Virus record (IMG/VR): IMGVR_UViG_3300020391_000290
Span: 69,897-133,896 of that record
Reading direction: 5' to 3' (one strand)
Source: a virus
DNA: 64,000 nt
Part shown: positions 47,620-57,173 of the stretch, one piece after another
Layout: each line of letters opens with the position of its first letter
Position numbering within the stretch: the stretch's first letter is position 1
Position numbers and translations under genes: made by a program
The notes under the pieces: model-generated
Database searches by the model: none
Told to the model about the DNA's origin: nothing
The model's input: the letters and a program-made list of their open reading frames with translations, nothing else

Positions 47620-48179
47620 TTGTGTCCTGTAATTTGCAATGTGTATCTATCTTTAAGTCCAATATTTGCTGCCATGTGCGGAGTACTGCCTGACCAAAAT
47701 ATATAGTCGCCCTTTTTGTAATTTGTAATACTGTTACCATCTATTTCAAAAAAATGTCCTGGTTGCCAGTTATCTAAAAATATAATTGCTCTAACACAAT
47801 TTTTAAGACTACATTTAAAAAGTGATCTATATTTTTTAAAAGTATCTTTGTGTGTAGGCAATATTACACCAGTAGGCATTTTATAATAACTAACTCCAAT
47901 ATGTTTTGCCTTAAAAGTCTTTGCAAACCATTCAATAAAACTGTTAGTATATTTAGGTTGATCTGCATTCATATCACATAATAAGCCTGTAAAGTGTTCA
48001 TGCGTGTAACCTTGTGTTTGCCACTTTTTTAAATCTTTAATATTATTAAAAGGTTGTCTAGTATATTCTAGTTTAGTATAACTTACTTTACTCCAGAACG
48101 GATTTACAAATCCTCTATGCCAGTTAGGATGTTGTTGAGTAGTTACACTACTTAGAAATTTATTTACGTGTGTTGCCAT
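47616..48179 (-). CDS. 2OG-Fe(II)/Asp-Asn beta-hydroxylase-like oxygenase
   Basis: LPTHKD, W-PGH, PHMAANIG, RYTLQITG. Confidence 0.65.
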   Translation of the reverse strand: MATHVNKFLSSVTTQQHPNWHRGFVNPFWSKVSYTKLEYTRQPFNNIKDLKKWQTQGYTHEHFTGLLCDMNADQPKYTNSFIEWFAKTFKAKHIGVSYYKMPTGVILPTHKDTFKKYRSLFKCSLKNCVRAIIFLDNWQPGHFFEIDGNSITNYKKGDYIFWSGSTPHMAANIGLKDRYTLQITGHK

Positions 48180-49377
48180 AATGTATTACTTTGTACCTTG
48201 TATCATTAAATTTTCTCCATGGATCTATAACAATACTTCCTTCTTCTAGATAACAGTATAATTCTTGTTCATGCTCTTTATCAGTGTAGTTATATGTAAT
48301 ACTAGCATTATGTGCTAGTAACACTACTGCTTTGAAAGGGCCTGTTTGAGGATTAGTATTAGGGTCTACCATAATTGGATGAAAGCCTAATTTTTTACAG
48401 TAATGAGAAACTAAAACACTATACGATCCGTCCAAGTAAGGAACACCTGGTTTGTATGCTTCTCCATGTATTAGTATAGGCAATTCGCTTTCTTTTGCAT
48501 ATTTTACTAAAAACTTTGCCATGTTTTCTGCTTGTATTTCTCGTGCATTCATTATTGCATCGAAAATATCGTACCCTAAATTTAGTTCTTGTGCCATAAA
48601 ACGTAATGCAATATTATCTCTAGGATGGCATGCCCCGCCATCGCCCATTCCGGCAGTCATATATTGTGGACCCATTATACGTTTTGTACTGTTTGCAAGT
48701 GCATTTGTAACTATATCAACGTTAATGTTTCCTTGTTTCATTGCGACATCTTGTATCATATTTGCTAATCCAATTTTAGTGCTTATAAATGTATTATAAA
48801 AAACTTTTATACATTCGCACTCGTCCCAAGTTCCTATTTCATAACGTGGATTGTTTTCCATTACAGTTTCATAAAAGTCAACAAGTTCTTTTGCATCGCC
48901 TGTTTTAGTACCATCTTCTGTTCCTATCATAACCATTTCAGGGTTAACCATATCCCAACCTACACTACCCATTGCAATAAGGTATGGATTGTAAACAAAT
49001 CTGGTATTTGTGCATAGTGGTTCTAGTATACGTCTTACTGTTCCGGGTATTACGGTTGATATTAAGCATAACAGTTGGCTATTGTCCATGTGTTTATTTG
49101 TTTCTGTTAATACTTGCGTTACTATATCATAACTAAAGTCTTTAGGCGCTAAATGTGCAGTAGGTAGTCTTCCATCATATTCTTCTTTATGAGGAGTTGG
49201 TACTGCAACAAATACTATTTGTGCATTTTCCACTGTTTCTTTTATAGTAGATTTGATATTAACAATATCACTTTCTACTTCTGCTATATCGTATCCTGTT
49301 ACGTTGTGTCCTTTTTTGGCTATTTCTTCAGCACATGGCATTCCTAGTTTGCCACAACCAATAAATGCTATATTCAT
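48160..49377 (-). CDS. UDP-glucose/GDP-mannose dehydrogenase family
   Basis: IGCGKLG, AVPTP, STVIPGT, YNP, KVFYN, GGACHPRD, AYKP. Confidence 0.88.
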   Translation of the reverse strand: MNIAFIGCGKLGMPCAEEIAKKGHNVTGYDIAEVESDIVNIKSTIKETVENAQIVFVAVPTPHKEEYDGRLPTAHLAPKDFSYDIVTQVLTETNKHMDNSQLLCLISTVIPGTVRRILEPLCTNTRFVYNPYLIAMGSVGWDMVNPEMVMIGTEDGTKTGDAKELVDFYETVMENNPRYEIGTWDECECIKVFYNTFISTKIGLANMIQDVAMKQGNINVDIVTNALANSTKRIMGPQYMTAGMGDGGACHPRDNIALRFMAQELNLGYDIFDAIMNAREIQAENMAKFLVKYAKESELPILIHGEAYKPGVPYLDGSYSVLVSHYCKKLGFHPIMVDPNTNPQTGPFKAVVLLAHNASITYNYTDKEHEQELYCYLEEGSIVIDPWRKFNDTRYKVIHYGNTRK

Positions 49378-50427
49378 TTAAATACTTTCTTGAATAGTTT
49401 TGTAAAGTTCTTTTCCACTAAAGAAATTTGTTTGTAGTTTTTTTACTTGTTTTCTGATAGCAGGAGCGAACTGTTTATAGTTTTCCATGTAATCTTTGAT
49501 TTGAGTAATAATCGAATCCTTATGTTGCAAATATTTATCATAACTACTAGTCCACTCTTCTGGATATGTAAATTCTGACAAAGCCATTTCACTATAACTT
49601 AATCTATCAGGGACCATTGGAATAGTATCTACTAGGGCGCCTTCATACCAACTTATTCCTAAAGTTTCTTGCAGGTTTGCACTAAACAGTAGTTTTGCTT
49701 CTCCAAGTAAGTTATGGTATTCGTTTTTGCTTAAATTATGTTCCTGACACATAATAAATTCATATTGTGGTAACTGTTCTTTAATATCTCTAAATATCTC
49801 AGGTTGCTTTTCTGGTGCTATTCTATGTGGGAAAACAATAAGATTACGTTTTTCCATTCCTTTGTAACTATCTAAACTATTTGCTAGGTACTCCATGGGC
49901 CAACCAACTCTATGTGTTTTTTTATCTTTTGTAAAAAAACTTTCAGCAAATAAGTCTATATGAAACTTACTGGCAAAAAAGTTATCGTCATAGCACTCAT
50001 ACATACTTTGTTCAGCATGTCTTACCCAAGGTTTATCGCCTATAAGTCTACCTAAAAAATCTTGAGGATCATAACTGCCCGCATGCCACATGCCTCCAAT
50101 GCGGATACTAACTCCGAGTAGTTCAGCCATATAGCGAAGTTGTATAACAGTAGGATTCCAAGCATCAGTATACAGAAAGTAGTCACCGTTGTTGATAGTG
50201 CCTGCACAGAACATTTCTCCTATTTGTTCTAATTGTTTACTCTTATATATGTTCGTTCCGCCAAAATTTAAAAAAGCACCTGGCGTTGTTGCTTGTGGAA
50301 CTTCTCCTCCACTTATTACTTCAACGTTTGAATTTGTTGCACGTTGAAGTTGTTTAGGAAGATGTTCTTTCCATTGTTTTGTGTAACGTGTATCTACTGC
50401 TTCTATATCTACAATATAGATAGTCAT
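49378..50427 (-). CDS. GT-B glycosyltransferase
   Basis: FPHRIAPEKQ, QETLGISWYEG, LSYSE; start MTIYIVD (AAGGAG SD). Confidence 0.75.
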   Translation of the reverse strand: MTIYIVDIEAVDTRYTKQWKEHLPKQLQRATNSNVEVISGGEVPQATTPGAFLNFGGTNIYKSKQLEQIGEMFCAGTINNGDYFLYTDAWNPTVIQLRYMAELLGVSIRIGGMWHAGSYDPQDFLGRLIGDKPWVRHAEQSMYECYDDNFFASKFHIDLFAESFFTKDKKTHRVGWPMEYLANSLDSYKGMEKRNLIVFPHRIAPEKQPEIFRDIKEQLPQYEFIMCQEHNLSKNEYHNLLGEAKLLFSANLQETLGISWYEGALVDTIPMVPDRLSYSEMALSEFTYPEEWTSSYDKYLQHKDSIITQIKDYMENYKQFAPAIRKQVKKLQTNFFSGKELYKTIQESI

Positions 50428-50429
50428 AT

Positions 50430-50960
50430 TTAACTCCTTGGATATGTTACTATGCAACCGTTTTCATTATCTTCGCTTACTTCGATTGTAACATCTCTAG
50501 CAGTTCCGTACTTTGTACGTATTTCTAATGCTATATCATCTGCAATCATTTCACAAGATTTGTAATCTAATTGTACTACGTCCTCACTGAATAGTCTTTG
50601 TAACCAACGACTAAACTGTATAAATTCTATTTCTCTATCATCATGAAATACTTCTATACTAACTTTAAAGAAAAACATATGTCTGTGAGGATATCCTAAG
50701 AAACTTACATCATCCCAATCACCTGTTGCAAGTTTAGGATCTGTGTCTGCACCTGGATATTTATGGATTCCTTCTTTTTGGAAAGTTACCCATATCATAC
50801 GTTTACTATTGTTAATTTTTTCTTTCATTGCTTGATCTCTCATTTCATTTAGTATTTCATTGTCAACATGTGCACCTGCCATTTGTTTCTCCTTCTTTTC
50901 TTCTTGACGTAATGACCATAATACCCAATCATAAAATCTGTCTGGTTCTTGTTCTTCCAT
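50430..50960 (-). CDS. QueD-like T-fold protein (DpdL-like)
   Basis: EGIH, LGYPHRHMF (LxxxHRHxF), DREIEF, SCEMIA, VSEDNENG. Confidence 0.7.
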   Translation of the reverse strand: MEEQEPDRFYDWVLWSLRQEEKKEKQMAGAHVDNEILNEMRDQAMKEKINNSKRMIWVTFQKEGIHKYPGADTDPKLATGDWDDVSFLGYPHRHMFFFKVSIEVFHDDREIEFIQFSRWLQRLFSEDVVQLDYKSCEMIADDIALEIRTKYGTARDVTIEVSEDNENGCIVTYPRS

Positions 50961-51469
50961 TAGTCTATCTTTGTATCTTCAGGATAATCGTCCCAACTTG
51001 TAAAATTATCTCTTTTTGTCATTTCATGTAAACTATGACACCATACACCCGGGTTACTGTGTCCCCAGGTTTTATCATCTATTTTAATTGTTGTATTATA
51101 ATTTAAATCTCTTATGTTAGGCATTACTACACTAATCATAGGAATAAAATTATGAAACTGATTCCAACTTTGTGTAACATCTTCTATATATTCAACTTTA
51201 AAATCTAGTGTGACTTTGTATTCTTTAGCTATAAGACCACAAATCATTTTATTCCACATATTCCAATCACCGATATTCTCAGGATGGAAACTTTGACTTG
51301 TGCCTAAATATATATGTTTTATATCACGTTCATTTGCACGTTTTGCAATTTCATCTACTGGCTGGACACCAACTACAAATAATGTTTTACTTCCATACTG
51401 CGGAGTATGTTCAACTTCTTTACCAACAAAGTATATTACCTCTTGTCTTTGTTCCGTATTCAATCCCAT
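50960..51469 (-). CDS. hypothetical protein in deazaguanine cluster
   Basis: G-EVEHTP, TLFVVG, HIYLG, IKIDD, NPGVW. Confidence 0.7.
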   Translation of the reverse strand: MGLNTEQRQEVIYFVGKEVEHTPQYGSKTLFVVGVQPVDEIAKRANERDIKHIYLGTSQSFHPENIGDWNMWNKMICGLIAKEYKVTLDFKVEYIEDVTQSWNQFHNFIPMISVVMPNIRDLNYNTTIKIDDKTWGHSNPGVWCHSLHEMTKRDNFTSWDDYPEDTKID

Positions 51470-52356
51470 ACAATATATCCCCTACCATAGTTACCGTTAC
51501 GATTATTTGCATCTTGGAATGCTTGTTGCCATTCTGTATCTCTACTATATCCTCTATCCCATAAGTTATCTACCACTAGACTTCCGTCTTCTATCCAATT
51601 TCTTGCAAGAATCATACTTAAATGAAATGTATCGGCACGAGGGCTTGGAAAAACCATTGTACATGCTTTCCAAAGTAAATTACTAAAATCAGTGCTAATT
51701 GGCTTACTTTTTTCGGTTGCCATAATTACAAGTGCATTTTCATTTACACAATCAGTGTTAAAAACAGTATCATTATCTTTTAAGTCAACTACTACGTCAT
51801 ATGTTTTATTTGGTACAATAGAATGTAAGTTTGTAAAATATTTTTTGTTACTACTTCCTACGACGTCTATGTGTATATTAGGAAAAGTTTTTTTCAACGT
51901 TTGATGTACTATTTTTGCAAGAAAACCACTTCCTAATATTAGTGCAGTTTTTCTTTCGTTATTGTAATGTTGAGTCGCTTGTACAACACAGTTTATTCCA
52001 CATGCTACAGGTTCTAGTATCCATTTTGGATCCGCTTCAGGAACCTTCACATACTGATTTGCTTTTACATTATACTCATCTGCATATGCCGGTTCTCCGC
52101 GTGTTGCTACATAATCACCTACTTTTACGCCTTCACTACAATCTTTTCTTGCTTGTATAACTTGACCTAGTCCTTCATGGCCTTGCATATGTAATGGCAA
52201 TATGCCAAATGTACCATTCATCATAGCAATATCGCTACGACATACGCCGGTCATTACTGCTCGCACTCTTATTTCGTCATCTTTTGTATCAGGAATATTA
52301 TAAGTTCTTGTTTCTTCAAACTTGCCGTTGCCAGTAGTATGTAATAATCTTACCAT
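51460..52356 (-). CDS. zinc-binding (MDR) alcohol dehydrogenase-like protein
   Basis: GVCRSD, GHEGLG, VGDYV, EPVAC, LGSGFL. Confidence 0.8.
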   Translation of the reverse strand: MVRLLHTTGNGKFEETRTYNIPDTKDDEIRVRAVMTGVCRSDIAMMNGTFGILPLHMQGHEGLGQVIQARKDCSEGVKVGDYVATRGEPAYADEYNVKANQYVKVPEADPKWILEPVACGINCVVQATQHYNNERKTALILGSGFLAKIVHQTLKKTFPNIHIDVVGSSNKKYFTNLHSIVPNKTYDVVVDLKDNDTVFNTDCVNENALVIMATEKSKPISTDFSNLLWKACTMVFPSPRADTFHLSMILARNWIEDGSLVVDNLWDRGYSRDTEWQQAFQDANNRNGNYGRGYIVWD

Positions 52357-53228
52357 TATAATAACTCTAGTTGACTATGTATCCAAACATCTCTGGAGAA
52401 CTGTTCTCTCCAATACGTATCATTATATAGGTTATCTACGGCTGTGTCAACCATCTTTTCATATGCATCTTCAGGACATAATCCTAATGGCTCTGTATGT
52501 ATAATTTCTCCGCCTTTATAAAATTCTATGTTTATTTTATCACCTATAGGATTTTTCCAACTAGTTGTGCAATGATATGTACACCAGCTATTCTCATAAT
52601 GTAATTCTGCAGTATCATCAACATCATATACTCCATATGGATCTATTGTACCATAATCAGTTGTGCTAACAGTATCTAAATTATAAATTTGATGTGTGGC
52701 TGCTTGTTTTAATTTTAGGGCGTTAAAATTTGCTTCAAAGACTTGTATCCAACTTAATAAGTGTGGTAATAAATCTCTACTTACGCCTCCCCAGGCTTTA
52801 GTTTTATCTGTAAACCAACTACCTGGACTAGGAACACGATTATAGTTGTGCCAGTTTAGTATGATAAAATCACTTTGTCTTGCTTTTATATATAATTCTG
52901 GAAGATTATGTCTAAACTGATTGTTCTTAACCATTGCAAATCTAGTATTAGGAAAGGTATGTACAAGTGCTTCCCAACTTTCTGCACTTTTTAGACCGGG
53001 CTTTTCTACAAATACAATTTTACAACGTTCTGCTATATGACGGGCAATAGTTCCATGTGTAAAGTTTGGTGTACAAATGTGTGCAATATCAAAGTCACCC
53101 TGTACTTCTTCTATATCCCAATAGTCAGCCGGCTTATTTTGATCTACAGTTGTAATATTATATAATTTACGTTCATAGATACTTTTATATAGTTCGCCTA
53201 TACCCATACCTACTATTAGTACACGCAT
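52356..53228 (-). CDS. Gfo/Idh/MocA family oxidoreductase
   Basis: VGMGIG, ICTPNFTH, VEKPG, GGVSRDLLPH. Confidence 0.85.
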   Translation of the reverse strand: MRVLIVGMGIGELYKSIYERKLYNITTVDQNKPADYWDIEEVQGDFDIAHICTPNFTHGTIARHIAERCKIVFVEKPGLKSAESWEALVHTFPNTRFAMVKNNQFRHNLPELYIKARQSDFIILNWHNYNRVPSPGSWFTDKTKAWGGVSRDLLPHLLSWIQVFEANFNALKLKQAATHQIYNLDTVSTTDYGTIDPYGVYDVDDTAELHYENSWCTYHCTTSWKNPIGDKINIEFYKGGEIIHTEPLGLCPEDAYEKMVDTAVDNLYNDTYWREQFSRDVWIHSQLELL

Positions 53229-54739
53229 TATACTTCCTCAAATAAACTATGGAATTGTGTGCTACTGTTTACAGTTTTCTTTCCTACATAACCTCTTGTG
53301 CCAACCACTTTCATCCATAACCTTTGGTGATCATCTATCAATTGTAGTTGCTTATCTCTGTCATCTATTTCAAATACTCTTGCAATAATATCTTTTACTT
53401 CTGTTTTATCAAATGTATCTTCTACAAGCATATATGGATATTTGCCTTCGTCATAAACACGATTTGCTTCTTGCACACTTCGTAAGTGTGTGTAAACATT
53501 ATGATTCATCATTAGCATATAACTGAAACTATCCCAACTTGTATTTGTAATATCGCCCATTCTATTTGTACATGTAGGACTGTAACAAGTTATGTCGTTT
53601 AGTTTCATATTTTTTGTTAGTGGACTAGGCATCCAATTATCATACATTTTATCACATATCTCGTCAAAAGGAGTTGTATCGTTGCTCCATGCTTTACTAT
53701 CTGGAGCCTTTTCCATAATGTAACTCCATTTGCCTTCGTGTTCTAAGTTATAACCTGTATACTGTGTGCCATTACTTGTTGCTAAGAAAGGACTAGCACA
53801 GTCAAATGTAACTGTAAAGTTTTCATTAAATTGCTTACGTATACCACGTTGTAATGCAGTTAGTACCATTGCCCATTCTAGTTTACTTGTACCTAAAAAA
53901 TGCATCATATCTTGTTTGCCTTTCTCAAGTAGTCCATCATGTCCTAGTATTACTGTCCTCCTAAGTGCTAGATGTAAATCACACATATTCTGACCACCCA
54001 TTGCCCAACCATTAAAGTGTACATCTGGATATACTTTAGGGTCACAAAAATGTTTCATTTGCTTGTACCAATCATCTGCTTGTGCAAAGTTCTCACCTTG
54101 TAGTACATTTAAAAACTTACAATTACCGTTACGATTTTTTACAAAGTATTCATTATTAAATGCAGTACCATCTACTGCTTCTTGATAACTAGTAATTTTA
54201 CTAGCCGCCGATCCTTCTGGAGACCTATCTACCCAAGCCGGAATATCAAGTATCATACCATAGTCCATATAAGCATCCATCCAACGTAATACACCATCAC
54301 GTTTCTTTTGTGCTTGTTGACAGTCGCTATTTGCTCTCCAGTCACCTTCCCACTTTCCTTTTCCTATTTGAAATCCACCACTATCGCCTAGTAACCAACT
54401 ATACTGTCTATCACGTACTCGATACATATCTTCTCTGTACAAGTCTTTTACTAGATCTAAACTGGCATGTCCTGCAGAGTGTAAACTCCACTTATACCGC
54501 CATAGTCCTTCTTTAGCAAGCCAGTTTAAACTTTCAACACCATGTGGTAAACCTCCTGGTAATCTGTTTTGTTCAATATACGGAACACCACTGCCTTTTA
54601 ACTCTTCTTTGTAAGGCAGTAAGCCTCTACGTTGTCTTCCTACAAACAGTGCATAAAACGTACTAAGTGCTGGTAAAAATAATGCATAATCACTTTGTGT
54701 TTCAGTAAGGTTAGTTGGTAAATTAATCTCTTGTGTCAT
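53228..54739 (-). CDS. dpdA: TGT-like DNA transglycosylase (DpdA-like)
   Basis: LGDSGGFQIG, MILDIP, NVLQG, GWAMGG, HFLG, TFDCAS; context with folE/queD/queE. Confidence 0.75.
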   Translation of the reverse strand: MTQEINLPTNLTETQSDYALFLPALSTFYALFVGRQRRGLLPYKEELKGSGVPYIEQNRLPGGLPHGVESLNWLAKEGLWRYKWSLHSAGHASLDLVKDLYREDMYRVRDRQYSWLLGDSGGFQIGKGKWEGDWRANSDCQQAQKKRDGVLRWMDAYMDYGMILDIPAWVDRSPEGSAASKITSYQEAVDGTAFNNEYFVKNRNGNCKFLNVLQGENFAQADDWYKQMKHFCDPKVYPDVHFNGWAMGGQNMCDLHLALRRTVILGHDGLLEKGKQDMMHFLGTSKLEWAMVLTALQRGIRKQFNENFTVTFDCASPFLATSNGTQYTGYNLEHEGKWSYIMEKAPDSKAWSNDTTPFDEICDKMYDNWMPSPLTKNMKLNDITCYSPTCTNRMGDITNTSWDSFSYMLMMNHNVYTHLRSVQEANRVYDEGKYPYMLVEDTFDKTEVKDIIARVFEIDDRDKQLQLIDDHQRLWMKVVGTRGYVGKKTVNSSTQFHSLFEEV

Positions 54740-55418
54740 TTGTCTTAAATCTTTTCAAATTATTAAACAGATTATAATCATCTATATGGCTAAGTCTAAG
54801 TTCCTCTTTTATACTAGGATTACTTTTTATAGCTTCAAGAATTATATTATATACTTTTAATTTATTTTTGTCATTATTTACTGGATTAGTTAATTGGTTC
54901 CAGTGACTAAAGTTTTGTTGACCCCCAGTATATAATATATATTCTGCAAAAGTCTTATAAAATCTGTTAGGATTAGCTACTTGATAGTCCGCATGTTTAT
55001 CCTGCATATTAATGAATATCACATTTTCTGCATTTGCTATGTATCTGTGTTGTAATTCTGTATGATGACACATAACCAGATTATTATATATTATTTTCCA
55101 AAATGTTTCATTTTGTAGAACAATATTAAGATTGTCAAGATCTATTTTAAGTATAGGATCCCAATTATCTTGTATGCCAAAAGTTTCTGCAAAGCCGCTT
55201 ATCCAACGTTGTACAGGATCTCTTAAAATAACTAGTTTTTCAATAGTATTACTCTTTAAAATACCATCGATCATATCTTCTGGAACATCTAGCCAATTGT
55301 TATCATCTAGTACCTTTTGCACAAAACTACTACAATTTTTAGGTATATTTACCCAAGCATATTTAAAGGACGGATGAATTTTGACTGCATAATTCCTAGG
55401 TCGGAAAAAAGTGTGCAT
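54723..55418 (-). CDS. sulfotransferase family 2-like protein
   Basis: NIPKNCSS (5'-PAPS), LRDPVQRWISG (3'-PAPS), HTELQ. Confidence 0.75.
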   Translation of the reverse strand: MHTFFRPRNYAVKIHPSFKYAWVNIPKNCSSFVQKVLDDNNWLDVPEDMIDGILKSNTIEKLVILRDPVQRWISGFAETFGIQDNWDPILKIDLDNLNIVLQNETFWKIIYNNLVMCHHTELQHRYIANAENVIFINMQDKHADYQVANPNRFYKTFAEYILYTGGQQNFSHWNQLTNPVNNDKNKLKVYNIILEAIKSNPSIKEELRLSHIDDYNLFNNLKRFKTNDTRD

Positions 55419-56149
55419 TATTTGCTTTGTGCTGGAAGTAAGTATCTATATTCTGCTAGTCCACTATCAACAACAATTTCAGCAACACCATCATCACTAA
55501 ACTTAAATGTTGTATCACCACCAAGGCTAAGAATTTTACTAACTTGTTCAACGGGCCAACTCCATGCTCTCTCTAATTTGCCACCTGCATCAGGTTGAAA
55601 CACAAAGTTACCAGCATGTGTACTATGGTCACCAAAATAAAATTTAAGATCAGTACCTTCAGTTTTAGCAATAAATGTTGTTTCTTCACTATTTGCACTA
55701 ATCATAAACTTAAAACGTTGTATACTTGCTATAGAAGGTTGAAACTCTATACCCCAATTTACTTCTCTCATTTTAACGGTCTTTAATTTTTCATTTATTA
55801 TTTCGCTTGCCATAAAACGATAATCATTTTTAAAGTCTCCGCCTGCATTTTCAAATGCAATACCAACTGGCACGTTCTCACCATTACGTTCTTGTTTACT
55901 AATAGTAATGTTTGCATTTTCTGCATATTCAGGAATACGTAAAATGATACCAAGTTTGTCTAAATTAGGCATACCAAATGTTCCCATAAAGTCTGCTACT
56001 GGAGTTTTTGTACTTGCTTGTAAGATTACACTTCTATCTTCAGCAAGTCCTTCAAAAGTTGTTTTTGTATCAGTACCTGTAACTTTTACAAGACTAATAA
56101 AGCCAAGCGAATGTGTGTGCTTAACTATATCTAATAAGTAATCTTTCAT
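55418..56149 (-). CDS. probable sliding clamp / processivity factor
   Basis: 243 aa, alpha/beta two-domain pattern ending YRYLLPA, near polymerase; inference. Confidence 0.45.
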   Translation of the reverse strand: MKDYLLDIVKHTHSLGFISLVKVTGTDTKTTFEGLAEDRSVILQASTKTPVADFMGTFGMPNLDKLGIILRIPEYAENANITISKQERNGENVPVGIAFENAGGDFKNDYRFMASEIINEKLKTVKMREVNWGIEFQPSIASIQRFKFMISANSEETTFIAKTEGTDLKFYFGDHSTHAGNFVFQPDAGGKLERAWSWPVEQVSKILSLGGDTTFKFSDDGVAEIVVDSGLAEYRYLLPAQSK

Positions 56150-56181
56150 AAGGAGTCCTTTGCTTTTACAATTATTAAACT

Positions 56182-56210
56182 ATTATATAATGTATTTAGG
56201 TAAGTGTCAA
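56182..56210 (-). promoter_or_regulatory. sigma70-type promoter
   Basis: TTGACA-17-TATAAT; CTAAATA in spacer. Confidence 0.8.
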
Positions 56211-56216
56211 TAAGTA

Positions 56217-57137
56217 TTAAGATTTATCTTCAATTGTTACTAAAGGTGCACTAAGTTTTGTACTAGTGCGTTCCCCTGGTTTTTTAATTATCATCCAACT
56301 TTGTCCATCTCTTAAAGATTCTTCTTTTACTAAATCAAAACCTAGCATTTGAATCATACTTGTCATTAATGTTTTAGTGTTATAACAAATATATGCTTCG
56401 ATTCCTGCAAGAAAATCCAGTTGTGTTTCTAGTTCACAATTACTATATGTAAAAATAAAATATCCACCTGGACGTAAAATATTATATACTTTCTTCATAT
56501 CATCTTTTATTGGATCTATAGGAAGAAATTCATAGTAGTTAATGCTTGTCGCAAGACCAAGTTGATTTTGAGGCAAGTCTTCTAAATTATTGTAAAACAT
56601 TAAACGTTTTTCAGCAAAAAAATTATTAAATTTACTTTTTATACTATTAGTATCAACAATTGTTCCTGAGTATACATATAGTGGATCACATGCTAACATA
56701 CTATGAGTAAGTATGCCATTAGTTGGATTTAATTCAACTCCAGGATATCGCCAATCACTAAGATTGCCTATTTCTGTAGTAATAATATCAATAAACTCTT
56801 TACTTTTATTGACTCGTTCTACCATTAAATCTAAATTACGTTCTGTTTTTTCGTAATTTTTGTAGTCACGCTCGATTACAATAAGCTCTTCTTTACGTAA
56901 AAGCTCATTTATTTTAGCATCCATTTTATCAATACTATTTTCATAGATGTCAGAAAGACTTGATAAATTATCTATTGTTGAATCTATGTATTCATAGGGA
57001 GATCTATTTTTCCAATATTTACTTTGCTCGATAAAATAGGATTTATGATCTTTAAGTGTTTGGGTCAAATGTAACTTGTGTCTTTTATTTTCTCTTAAAA
57101 AGCGACTAAAGAGAATCATTTTATCTACAAGTTTCAT
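56217..57137 (-). CDS. class I SAM methyltransferase-like protein with N-terminal coiled coil
   Basis: VYNILRPGGYFIFTY; motif I degenerate (VELNPTNG). Confidence 0.55.
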   Translation of the reverse strand: MKLVDKMILFSRFLRENKRHKLHLTQTLKDHKSYFIEQSKYWKNRSPYEYIDSTIDNLSSLSDIYENSIDKMDAKINELLRKEELIVIERDYKNYEKTERNLDLMVERVNKSKEFIDIITTEIGNLSDWRYPGVELNPTNGILTHSMLACDPLYVYSGTIVDTNSIKSKFNNFFAEKRLMFYNNLEDLPQNQLGLATSINYYEFLPIDPIKDDMKKVYNILRPGGYFIFTYSNCELETQLDFLAGIEAYICYNTKTLMTSMIQMLGFDLVKEESLRDGQSWMIIKKPGERTSTKLSAPLVTIEDKS

Positions 57138-57157
57138 TAAATACTCCTATTATAGTG

Positions 57158-57165
57158 TATTTATA
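57158..57165 (-). promoter_or_regulatory. T4-type late promoter
   Basis: Exact TATAAATA in intergenic gap followed by AGGAG SD. Confidence 0.6.
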
Positions 57166-57173
57166 TTAGCATA

